A stretch of DNA of 64,000 nt from Acidimicrobiaceae bacterium (GTDB lineage: Bacteria > Actinomycetota > Acidimicrobiia > Acidimicrobiales > RAAP-2): positions 2,717 to 66,716 of the forward strand of contig PMFA01000029.1 in NCBI GenBank assembly GCA_003155915.1. The letters run 5' to 3'. Positions 11,380 to 19,542 of this stretch are shown in pieces; position 1 is the stretch's first letter; each line of letters opens with the position of its first letter. A program made the translations under genes and the position numbers. The notes under the pieces are model-generated. The model saw only the letters and a program-made list of their open reading frames with translations. It ran no database searches and had not been told where the DNA came from.

Positions 11380-11453
11380 TGCCCCCGGCAGGAGTCGAAC
11401 CCGCAACCTGACGGGTAGAAACCGTCTGCTCTATCCAGTTGAGCTACAGGGGC
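11380..11453 (-). tRNA. tRNA-Arg (anticodon TCT)
   Basis: Minus-strand cloverleaf. Acceptor GCCCCTG/CGGGGGC (one G-U), anticodon arm GACGG-TTTCTAC-CCGTC, T-arm GCGGG-TTCGACT-CCTGC. Confidence 0.9.
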
Positions 11454-11528
11454 GTACCGGTAAGCGTACTGAACGACTGACGGATTCTTGGCTCACGTGA
11501 GGGACCCTGTGCAATACTGGTTCCACTT

Positions 11529-11603
11529 GGTGGGCGTAGCTCAGTTGGTTAGAGCGCCAGGTTGTGGTCCTGGAGGCCGCGGGTTCGACCCCCGTCGCTC
11601 ACC
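11529..11603 (+). tRNA. tRNA-His (anticodon GTG) with encoded G-1
   Basis: G(-1) followed by acceptor GTGGGCG/CGCTCAC. Anticodon arm CCAGG-TTGTGGT-CCTGG, T-loop TTCGACC, discriminator C opposite G-1, as is typical for bacterial tRNA-His. Confidence 0.9.
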
Positions 11604-11611
11604 CCACGTAA

Positions 11612-11655
11612 CACCCGACTCCCCCGGTTCGCCCGATGGAGTCGGGTGTTTTTTC
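11612..11655 (+). terminator. rho-independent terminator after tRNA-His
   Basis: Stem CACCCGACTCC (11612-11622) pairs with GGAGTCGGGTG (11638-11648), followed directly by TTTTTT. Confidence 0.7.
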
Positions 11656-11728
11656 TTGTCGCGTGCGTCCGTACCGACTAGTAGATTTCGCCTAGGCAGC
11701 CTCGTGGGAGGTTCGACTGGAGAGACCA

Positions 11729-13153
11729 ATGACTATCGTTCGCGACTCGTTCTACATCAACGGCGAGTGGGTAAAGGCCAGCTCACCCGAGACCCTGGAA
11801 GTGACCACGTCGGGCACCGGCGAGCTCTTCGCCACCATTCCGGCCGGCACGGTCGAAGAGGCCAACAGTGCCGTCGAAGCGGCCGCCGCCGCCTTCACCG
11901 CGTGGGCGAACACGAGTCCGAAGGAACGCGGTGAGTTCCTCATGCGTATCTCGGAGAAGTTGGCCGAGCGTGACGATGAAATCGCCCTCGTCATCGCGAA
12001 TGAAGTGGGAATGCCGCTCATGCTCTCCAAGGGGATCCAGGTCGGACTGCCGACGATGGCCTTCGCCGAGAACGCGACGCGCGCCGCGGAGTTCGAATGG
12101 GAGGAAGAATCGGGCAACTCCACCTACGTCCGCGAGCCGGTGGGCGTCGTGGCGGCCATCACGCCGTGGAACTACCCGCTCTACCAAGTCTCACTCAAGG
12201 TGGCCGCGGCACTGGCCGCCGGTTGCACGGTGGTGCTGAAGCCGAGCGAAGTCGCACCCATCAACGCGTTCATCCTCGCCGACATCATCGACGAGGTCGG
12301 ACTGCCCAAGGGCGTGTTCAATCTCATCACGGGACTCGGTCCCGTCGTCGGCGAAGCGATCGTGGCGCACCCGAAGACCGACATGGTCTCGTTCACGGGA
12401 TCGACGCGCGCCGGAAAACGCGTGATGCAATTGGCCGCCGAGATGGTGAAGCGGGTCTCGCTCGAACTGGGGGGCAAGTCGGCCAACGTGATCCTCGAAG
12501 ACGCCGATCTTTCCAAGGCCGTCGCCGACGGAATCTTCCAGTGCTACCTCAACTCCGGTCAGACCTGCTCCGCGCTCACGCGAATGGTCGTGCCACGTTC
12601 GAAGCTGGCCGAGGTCGAGGACATCGCCGTGGCGACGTCCGCGGGCTTCGCGCCGTCGGATCCCATCACCGGATCGAGCCTGCTCGGGCCACTCGTCAGC
12701 GCCGTTCAACAGCAGCGCGTGCGCGATTACATCAACAAGGGCATCGACGAAGGTGCGCGACTCATCACCGGCGGCACCACTCCCCCGGAAGGTCTCGAGA
12801 AGGGTTTCTACGTGCAGCCGACGATCTTCTCGGACGTCCGAACGGACATGACGATCGCCCAAGAGGAGATCTTCGGTCCCGTGCTCTCGATCATTCCCTT
12901 CGACACCGAAGAAGAGGCCATCGCCATCGCCAATGACTCCGCGTACGGATTGGCGGGCGGCGTGTGGGCCGGGACCGACGAGAAGGCGTTCGAGGTGGCG
13001 CGAAAGATTCGTACCGGCCAGTTGGCGATCAACGGCGGGGCGTTCAACCCGTTGGCACCCTTCGGTGGCTACAAGCAGTCGGGCATCGGCCGTGAACGCG
13101 GACTCTACGGCTTCGAAGAGTTCCTCGAAGTAAAGGCAATACAGCACAACTAA
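11729..13153 (+). CDS. NAD(P)+-dependent aldehyde dehydrogenase family protein
   Basis: 474-aa ORF with [11 protein letters not shown] (catalytic Glu region) and [11 protein letters not shown] (catalytic Cys). Confidence 0.9.
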   Translation: MTIVRDSFYINGEWVKASSPETLEVTTSGTGELFATIPAGTVEEANSAVEAAAAAFTAWANTSPKERGEFLMRISEKLAERDDEIALVIANEVGMPLMLSKGIQVGLPTMAFAENATRAAEFEWEEESGNSTYVREPVGVVAAITPWNYPLYQVSLKVAAALAAGCTVVLKPSEVAPINAFILADIIDEVGLPKGVFNLITGLGPVVGEAIVAHPKTDMVSFTGSTRAGKRVMQLAAEMVKRVSLELGGKSANVILEDADLSKAVADGIFQCYLNSGQTCSALTRMVVPRSKLAEVEDIAVATSAGFAPSDPITGSSLLGPLVSAVQQQRVRDYINKGIDEGARLITGGTTPPEGLEKGFYVQPTIFSDVRTDMTIAQEEIFGPVLSIIPFDTEEEAIAIANDSAYGLAGGVWAGTDEKAFEVARKIRTGQLAINGGAFNPLAPFGGYKQSGIGRERGLYGFEEFLEVKAIQHN

Positions 13154-13188
13154 TCCATTGGGCACCGGTGAGTGGTTAGACTCGTCTC

Positions 13189-13264
13189 GCGCCGGTAGCT
13201 CAATTGGCAGAGCATTTGACTCTTAATCAACAGGTTCCGGGTTCAAGTCCCGGCCGGCGCACCA
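13189..13264 (+). tRNA. tRNA-Lys (anticodon CTT), CCA encoded
   Basis: Acceptor GCGCCGG/CCGGCGC, anticodon loop CTCTTAA, T-arm CCGGG-TTCAAGT-CCCGG, discriminator A plus CCA. It is the reference for three downstream partial duplicates. Confidence 0.9.
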
Positions 13265-13289
13265 ATTTCTGTCGTTTCAAGCCACTCCC

Positions 13290-14156
13290 CTATTTGAGTA
13301 AACGGGACAAGCGTCGGTCTTTGAGTTGTCGTCCACCGGTCTGGCACGAGGGACAGTACGTCATCTCGTAGGACTCAAAGGACACGCGGCGCAACGTATC
13401 GCCACATTGGGAAGGGCATAGTTCTTCGGCGCGGCCATGTACCTTGAATCGGCCACCAAGCTTGGCCTCCGAGAGTCCGCCCTCGCGCGTGCGCTCGAGC
13501 TCGAGGGCTTCGTCTAACACGCTGGTAGCGGCGTTCAGCAAGGACTCGCGCTGCTCGGGACTCAACGAACTGAACGAGGTGAAGGGTGACAGATGGGCGC
13601 GGTGCAGAATGTCGTCACCCCAGCCGCGCCCGATACCTGACACAACGTGCTGATCGCGGAGGTCGGTGGTGAGACGGCGTTTCGAAGTACTACTGCGGAT
13701 AAGTTCAGCGAAATCTTCGCTTCCCGGTTCGGGCCCGAGCCCGGCCAGCGGCCCCTCCTCTTCGGGCGCGAGCACCCACCACGCGGCCTTTCGGTGGGTG
13801 CCATATTCGCGAACTAGTACGCCGACGCCCGGCCCCTCGATTCCGGCGACACCCCGACCGAACACGAAGCGCACTGCCGAGCCGCGGGGCCGCGTCTGCT
13901 TGGGCGGCTGCTCAACGTCTACTCGCCCCGCTTGAGACAAGTGCACCACGACGCGGATTCCGTCATCAAACTCCCACACCAGGTATTTAGCCCTCCTAGA
14001 GACCGATACGAGTCGGTGATGCAGCACGGAGTCGGGCGTGGGAGCGTAAGTCTTGAGCGATGAGAATCCGAGCAAGTCGGCCCGGAGCAACGTGGTGCCC
14101 TGGAGCAGCGTATTGAGTCGTTCAGATAAGGCCTGCATCTCAGGTAATTCGGGCAC
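13290..14156 (-). CDS. Fpg/Nei family DNA glycosylase/AP lyase
   Basis: Track ORF 13290..14198. The functional start must be the GTG at 14156 so that the N-terminus reads (M)PELPEM, because the catalytic Pro must follow the initiator Met. It has an H2TH region and a C-terminal zinc finger CPSQCGD...YCPSCQ. Confidence 0.85.
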   Translation of the reverse strand: MPELPEMQALSERLNTLLQGTTLLRADLLGFSSLKTYAPTPDSVLHHRLVSVSRRAKYLVWEFDDGIRVVVHLSQAGRVDVEQPPKQTRPRGSAVRFVFGRGVAGIEGPGVGVLVREYGTHRKAAWWVLAPEEEGPLAGLGPEPGSEDFAELIRSSTSKRRLTTDLRDQHVVSGIGRGWGDDILHRAHLSPFTSFSSLSPEQRESLLNAATSVLDEALELERTREGGLSEAKLGGRFKVHGRAEELCPSQCGDTLRRVSFESYEMTYCPSCQTGGRQLKDRRLSRLLK

Positions 14157-14193
14157 GCCACAATGTACCCATAACTTCTCCGTAAGCCTCCCC

Positions 14194-14233
14194 ATCAACA
14201 GGTTCCGGCTTCAAGTCCCGGCCCGCGCACCAA
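14194..14233 (+). repeat. duplicate 1 of the tRNA-Lys 3' segment (att-like scar)
   Basis: ATCAACAGGTTCCGGCTTCAAGTCCCGGCCCGCGCACCAA matches tRNA-Lys positions 13226-13265 at 38 of 40 nt by hand alignment. There is no 5' half, so it is not a functional tRNA. Confidence 0.8.
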
Positions 14234-14580
14234 ATAAATCAGACCAGTAATGGTCTTCGTCCTCGCGAACATTGCCGACTCGGTCGAGTACGTGTTCTTG
14301 AACGAGGACACCTCGACTATGGCGTCGCGCACCGCTTGACAGTGATGGTTCCGCGACGTGGTCGTGGTGTCGCGGACACGACGACGAGTCTCGTTGGTCT
14401 GATATTGAGAATTGTCTGAGACCTTCGTCGCTGCCGATTCATCGTGTCGCGGCGTCCGTAGGATGAGTTTTACCTCATGTACGAGGGTATTCGCGATGGT
14501 TTGGACCCCGCTTTCCGCGAATGCAGCAGTTGAAGCAGTCCGTCAGATCGACGATGTCGTGGACAACTGGAGGTCCGATC

Positions 14581-15957
14581 ATGGAACAAATTAACTCCCG
14601 TCCCAAGGTGCTTCGCACGCTTGGCCGGTGGGTGCTCCCACTACTTCTCACGGCGTCCGGCCTGGTTCTCGGTGTCGCGGGGCCGGCGAGTGCCGCGGCG
14701 GCGAACGGCACCGGGACTATGACAGCCAAGACCACGAGCGTGACGTATGGCTCGACCGGTCACGTGCTCACTTTCACGTACACGGCCGCCACCGGTGGCG
14801 TGTCGAATGGCGGCGTCCATCTCACGGTTCCCTCGGGCTGGTCGGCTCCGTCAACGACGGGTACGTCCGCTGGCTACACGACGGCGAGCACTGGTACGGT
14901 CTCGGTCGACGGTCAGACCGTCGTCGTGCTCGGCGTGACGCTCGCCGCCGGCGCCACCCTCACCGTTAATTACGGCTCCAAGGCGGCCAAGGGGCCGGGT
15001 GCGACTGCGTCCACCAGCGTCGGCGCCGCGACGTGGATAACGACTGAGAAGTCAACCTCGGGCGGAACCGAGACCACTCTCGCCAAGTCGCCGGTCATCA
15101 CGGTGACCCAGACCTTGGCCACGCCGGCCGCACCGTCAGTCTCCCTCGTTACGCCAAGTTCGATCGTCGTCAACTTCACGCCCAACGTCGACGCCCAATC
15201 GAGCACCGTCACCATTCGACTGGCGAAGGACGGCTCATTCGTGAAGGCCGTCGAGGGCAACACCTCCGGCACTGAGACCATTACCGGTCTGACCCCGGGT
15301 GACGCCTACTACGCGACCATCACGTCCGTGGGCAACGGTACGGACTACTTCACGTCCGCCGTGGGTGCTCACTCCGTCGTCATCACACCCGGCGTACTCA
15401 CAATCGCGGCGAGAGCGACCAACGTAACCGTCGGTCACCCCGTTGACATCGTGGTGGTGGTGACCGGGCTCACGGCGACCGATCGGGCCACTGTCACCAA
15501 GGACACCTTCACCTACACCGGCGTCGCTCCGACCGTCTACGCGACGTCCAGCATCGCACCGTCGGCCGTGGGCACGTACCTCGCCCTGCCCGCGAACGCC
15601 ACCGTGGTCGTGACGCCCAGCACCGATCAAGGCGTCTACGCCACCACGTACAACTACAGCGCGGGCTCACTCGTGATTTCGGCCCTCTCCAAGGTCCCCC
15701 TCCACGCATCGAGTGTGGTCGGCGGCGCGTGGGCCGGACGAACCGTCGACGTGACCATCATCGGAACCGGCTTCTTCGGTCAACCGAGGATCATAAGCAA
15801 CATGGGGCGAGGCACCACGGCACGCGTGATTCACGACACGGGGAAACGATTGACCGTACGCGTGAGCGTGCGATCAGGAACACCAAGGGGCGTCCACGTC
15901 TTTCGCATTACGTTAGGCAACGGAAAATCCTGCAACGTGCACTACAGCCAGTTCTAG
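14581..15957 (+). CDS. secreted multi-domain beta-sandwich protein (FN3-like and MBG-like repeats, conserved C-terminal module)
   Basis: Same frame as track ORF 14521..15957. The ATG at 14581 gives the signal peptide MEQINSRPKVLRTLGRWVLPLLLTASGLVLGVAGPASA. The protein is Thr/Ser/Val-rich and has an FN3-like segment (ITGLTPGDAYYATITSVGNG). Its C-terminal ~86 aa are homologous to the C-terminus of the ORF at 52686..53504. Confidence 0.7.
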   Translation: MEQINSRPKVLRTLGRWVLPLLLTASGLVLGVAGPASAAAANGTGTMTAKTTSVTYGSTGHVLTFTYTAATGGVSNGGVHLTVPSGWSAPSTTGTSAGYTTASTGTVSVDGQTVVVLGVTLAAGATLTVNYGSKAAKGPGATASTSVGAATWITTEKSTSGGTETTLAKSPVITVTQTLATPAAPSVSLVTPSSIVVNFTPNVDAQSSTVTIRLAKDGSFVKAVEGNTSGTETITGLTPGDAYYATITSVGNGTDYFTSAVGAHSVVITPGVLTIAARATNVTVGHPVDIVVVVTGLTATDRATVTKDTFTYTGVAPTVYATSSIAPSAVGTYLALPANATVVVTPSTDQGVYATTYNYSAGSLVISALSKVPLHASSVVGGAWAGRTVDVTIIGTGFFGQPRIISNMGRGTTARVIHDTGKRLTVRVSVRSGTPRGVHVFRITLGNGKSCNVHYSQF

Positions 15958-16127
15958 AATCCCGGCCGGCACCGAGGCTTCTTTGCATGCCGGTCGTCAA
16001 CGGACTTGTCAACACATCTCCGACTCGGTACGCACAGAGCTGCGCAACATCGGCTCACTCACCCAACGTGGGATTGCCATTCTGATGGAGCGCCAACGCA
16101 AATGCCGTTCGTCTGACTCACGCCAAT

Positions 16128-16180
16128 CATCCGACTCTTAACCAACATGTTCCGGGTTCAAGTCCGCGGCGACGCACCAA
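16128..16180 (+). repeat. duplicate 2 of the tRNA-Lys anticodon-loop-to-3'-end segment (att-like scar)
   Basis: CATCCGACTCTTAACCAACATGTTCCGGGTTCAAGTCCGCGGCGACGCACCAA matches 13213-13265 at 45 of 53 nt by hand alignment, and includes the CTCTTAA anticodon loop. Confidence 0.7.
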
Positions 16181-16473
16181 GTGACAATCCTGATACACGG
16201 CGCTTCTTGACGTACCTCTCAGAGCATTTTTAGCGCCAAAATCCATCACGAAATCCCACACAATCGCCGATCCCTGCGTTCACTCCTTGATACCGCAGCA
16301 CTATTGATCGCAATATCTATCCCAACCTCTGGCCCCGTAACGACGTTCCAAACACGCGGGCTCACATCCGTCAATACGACCGTGCCTCCCGCAAAAAACC
16401 TGAACTCGCCGTTGATATTCCATTTCTTAAGCATATACTCAAACTATTCACTCAAGTTAGGGAGACAACGATA

Positions 16474-17127
16474 ATGGCGAAGTCTGGCACCCCGGGCAAG
16501 GTGACGGCGGGAGGAACCGCACGATCTGCTCAGACGCGGCGAGCCCTCGTGGAAGCCGCTATTGAAACGCTGAAGGATGAAGGTTTTGCGGGAACAAGCG
16601 CTCGAGCAATCTCCGAACGTGCGGGGCTCAACCAAGCTCTGATCTTCTATCACTTCGGCTCGGTGGTAAATCTCCTCCTCGCCGCTCTTGATTCTGTCAG
16701 CAATGACCGCATGGTCAAGTTCAGTGCGGCCATCAATAATGTTTCTTCGCCGACCGATCTCACGAATATCGCTGCTCAAATTTTCCGAGATGACCTCGAC
16801 TCCGGGCACGTGACTGTGCTCGCCGAGATGATTGCTGGCGCTTCTTCAGTCGAGGGTCTCGGCGTTGAGGTGGCCACTCGCTTAAGCCCATGGTTCACAT
16901 TTGCCGAAGAGGCAATTGAAAAGTCCTTTGGCGACTCTCCACTAGCCTCGCTCCTTCCTTCAAGTGATGTCGCGTACGTGATTGTCGCGCTCTATCTCGG
17001 ATTTGAGATGCTCACTCATCTCGACGGAAACCGCGAGCCCGCTCTTAGAATCTTCGGCCACGCCCAGCAACTCGTCACTCTGCTCGGCGCCTTTAGCGCC
17101 TTCATGCCGCCGAGGGCGACAACATGA
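16474..17127 (+). CDS. TetR/AcrR family transcriptional regulator
   Basis: 217-aa ORF with an N-terminal HTH (TSARAISERAGLNQALIFYHFGS). RBS-like GGGAGA lies upstream. Confidence 0.9.
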   Translation: MAKSGTPGKVTAGGTARSAQTRRALVEAAIETLKDEGFAGTSARAISERAGLNQALIFYHFGSVVNLLLAALDSVSNDRMVKFSAAINNVSSPTDLTNIAAQIFRDDLDSGHVTVLAEMIAGASSVEGLGVEVATRLSPWFTFAEEAIEKSFGDSPLASLLPSSDVAYVIVALYLGFEMLTHLDGNREPALRIFGHAQQLVTLLGAFSAFMPPRATT

Positions 17128-18092
17128 CGACCAACCCCGTCGCTCGGAATCAACCGACAAGTTTGTCCGACACCGGACTCGACGCAGTAACGGGCGCCTT
17201 TAGCTACTCGGGGAAAGCAATCAGTAGCGCTCTTATCAATTCCGGTCGCTTAGTACGAACACTCACTGGGCACCCCAATAGGGCGGTCGAGCGATCACCC
17301 ATCGAGATTCGACCACTCGACTTTGAAGATCAGATCGGTTTAGTCGGGTCACTCGAAGGCGTCACCACCCTATACAACACCTATTGGGTCCGCTTCGCTC
17401 ACAATCGAATCGATCATGACCTGGCCGTAGAGAATTCCCGAACACTTTTCCAGGCCGCGAAGCGCGCGGGGGTCCAGCGCATCGTGCACGTCAGCATCAC
17501 GCACCCAAGTGTCGATTCGCCGCTTCCCTACTTTCGAGGTAAGGCTCTCGTCGAACGCTCACTCGCCGAGACCGCAGTGTCGTACGCCGTGTTGCGGCCC
17601 GCCATTCTCTTTGGTGGCGACGGAGTGCTACTGAATAACATCGCTTGGCTGCTTCGGCGTCTTCCCGTGTTCGCCATTGGTGGGCGTGGCGACTATCGCA
17701 TTCGAGGAATCCATGTCGATGACCTCGCCCAACTCTGCCTCAAAAGGGGTGCCGAGCGATACGACAGCGTTGTCGATGCCGTGGGACCGGAACGTCCTAC
17801 ATTCATCGAACTGGTCAACTCGATTAAGGACGCGGTCGAAAGTCGCTCCTTGATCGTTCACCTGCCAGGTGACGCTCTGCTAATCCTTTCGCGCCTCGTG
17901 GGCATGGCACTTGGTGACGTGCTCTTAACTCGCGATGAATATCGTGCGATGGCTGATGGACTTGCCGACACCGATGGGCCGGCCACCGGTTCAATTGCTC
18001 TCTCGGATTGGTTGGTCAACCATAGATCCGAACTCGGCGTCACGTACGCCAACGAACTCAAGCGCCACTTTGACGTAGCGAGTGACCAATGA
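17124..18092 (+). CDS. NAD(P)H-binding atypical SDR (NmrA/NDUFA9-like)
   Basis: 322-aa ORF with the Rossmann motif VTGAFSYSGKAI. Its start overlaps the TetR stop by 4 nt. Confidence 0.75.
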   Translation: MTTNPVARNQPTSLSDTGLDAVTGAFSYSGKAISSALINSGRLVRTLTGHPNRAVERSPIEIRPLDFEDQIGLVGSLEGVTTLYNTYWVRFAHNRIDHDLAVENSRTLFQAAKRAGVQRIVHVSITHPSVDSPLPYFRGKALVERSLAETAVSYAVLRPAILFGGDGVLLNNIAWLLRRLPVFAIGGRGDYRIRGIHVDDLAQLCLKRGAERYDSVVDAVGPERPTFIELVNSIKDAVESRSLIVHLPGDALLILSRLVGMALGDVLLTRDEYRAMADGLADTDGPATGSIALSDWLVNHRSELGVTYANELKRHFDVASDQ

Positions 18093-18553
18093 TGACTCGG
18101 AACGTGTCGTTACCTCTTGTCGCAGCGATTTGTTGGGCCGCGTTACTACTACCGGCGTCGTTGTATATTCCAATCGAGAATCCTCAGAATCTCTCGTATC
18201 AAGTCCACGGTCAGACCGTCAGTCGGTGGGTCTCGTTAGTTCGTGGCAACGGTGATTGGATATTGCTCATTGTCGCCATTCCGCTCGTCCTCTCTCTGGT
18301 CGCTGCGGTTCTTTTGATACTTCAAGCTCGCTCAAAGCAACGGATCCTCGCGGGCGCGGCGTGGTGCTTAGGATTCCTAATTCTCGCCGGAGCTTTTGTT
18401 GGCACCGTGACATTTTTGGTTGGGATATTCGTTGTTCCCGTTGGAATCTTTCTGATCATTTCATGTACGAATTTGCGTCGAGATCAAATCTTGATTTCTC
18501 CACCTACCAAATCCGGAAGCCGACAGGCCGTTCAACAGAGGAACGCGGCTTAA
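18089..18553 (+). CDS. small integral membrane protein, unknown function
   Basis: 154-aa ORF with about four hydrophobic helices. It overlaps the upstream SDR stop by 4 nt (ATGA). Confidence 0.55.
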   Translation: MMTRNVSLPLVAAICWAALLLPASLYIPIENPQNLSYQVHGQTVSRWVSLVRGNGDWILLIVAIPLVLSLVAAVLLILQARSKQRILAGAAWCLGFLILAGAFVGTVTFLVGIFVVPVGIFLIISCTNLRRDQILISPPTKSGSRQAVQQRNAA

Positions 18554-18675
18554 GGGCAGTAAATCCCACACACCAGCACGTACCAAATAAACCAGACCAA
18601 CTCGAGACAACACGATTGCCAGGTTGTTCAAGACAGAATCAACCAAATTGACACACCAAAACGGTACGGAACTCG

Positions 18676-18705
18676 CTCTTGGTCAACAGGTTCTGGCGGG
18701 CGCAC
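18676..18705 (+). repeat. duplicate 3 of the tRNA-Lys 3' segment, heavily degraded
   Basis: CTCTTGGTCAACAGGTTCTGGCGGGCGCAC retains CTCTT, TCAACAGGTTC and CGGGCGCAC blocks of tRNA-Lys. The T-loop region is deleted internally. Confidence 0.4.
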
Positions 18706-18726
18706 TAGGTAGGATTTTTGGTCGCT

Positions 18727-19542
18727 TTACGTATCTCTTCGAGTCATCATCCAGCCCCCTACGGCCAGGAGAACAACCGCGTACAAGGCAATAATTAGCA
18801 GTCCGATGAGTGGACTAAAGAGTGGCGTTCCCTGCAACTGGCTCGGCGTCGTCGAGGCGAAAATCGTGGAACTGATGTTGGCGGGCAGGTATCGACTCAT
18901 GTCGTGGACGATGACTCCGGGCATCGCGAAGAGCACGACGGTCAAGACCAGCATGACGCTGGTGAAGATTGAGAGTGAGGCGGCCGATGATCGAACGATC
19001 GAGGCGATGCCCAGGCCGATGAGACCCACGATTGCCAGGTCGATACCGCTTTCAATCAGCACGCGAAGTATGCCGGGCTGCGAGATGGATATCTGGCTCG
19101 CGTGTCCCGCGAGAATGAAACGCCCAAGGAAATAGGTGGAAAACGAGAGCACCTCACCGAGAGCGAGTCCGACTCCCCCAACAACGATGGCTTTGGCCCC
19201 GAGCACAATTCCTGGTCGCGGCATCGCGGCCACGGTCGAGCGAATTTGGCCGGTGCTGTACTCCGAACTCAAGAAGAGCACTCCGAGCACACCCATGACG
19301 AACTGACCGAAGTTGAAGCCGACGAGGACCCGCATGATCGGATCGTCGATGCGGGCCTGGCTGCGCAGAGCGTTCGTCGAGAGATAACACAGTCCGTACG
19401 TGACGAGAGCGAGCGCGAACACGCTCCATCCAGCGGAGCGCAACGACCAGAACTTGGTCCATTCACCGCGAAGAGCGCAGCGCAGTCCCGCTCGAGAGTT
19501 TGACTCCGTGACATCGTCACGAATGAGAAGAGTAGTTGTCAC
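18727..19542 (-). CDS. ABC-2 type transporter permease
   Basis: 271-aa ORF with about six hydrophobic helices. It overlaps the upstream ATPase gene by 4 nt. Confidence 0.75.
   Translation of the reverse strand: MTTTLLIRDDVTESNSRAGLRCALRGEWTKFWSLRSAGWSVFALALVTYGLCYLSTNALRSQARIDDPIMRVLVGFNFGQFVMGVLGVLFLSSEYSTGQIRSTVAAMPRPGIVLGAKAIVVGGVGLALGEVLSFSTYFLGRFILAGHASQISISQPGILRVLIESGIDLAIVGLIGLGIASIVRSSAASLSIFTSVMLVLTVVLFAMPGVIVHDMSRYLPANISSTIFASTTPSQLQGTPLFSPLIGLLIIALYAVVLLAVGGWMMTRRDT

Noticed and set aside
13290-14156. Idea that the island-borne Fpg/Nei glycosylase is an anti-phage DNA-glycosylase defence gene.
   Set aside because: Actinobacteria commonly carry several Fpg/Nei paralogues. The protein has the standard PELPE N-terminus, H2TH and zinc finger. 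No partner or neighbouring defence genes are present. This is pure speculation without substrate data.
16246-16434. 62-aa minus-strand ORF divergent from the TetR gene.
   Set aside because: It has no Shine-Dalgarno and no recognisable features, and it lies in AT-rich DNA where random ORFs are less constrained. Evidence is insufficient.
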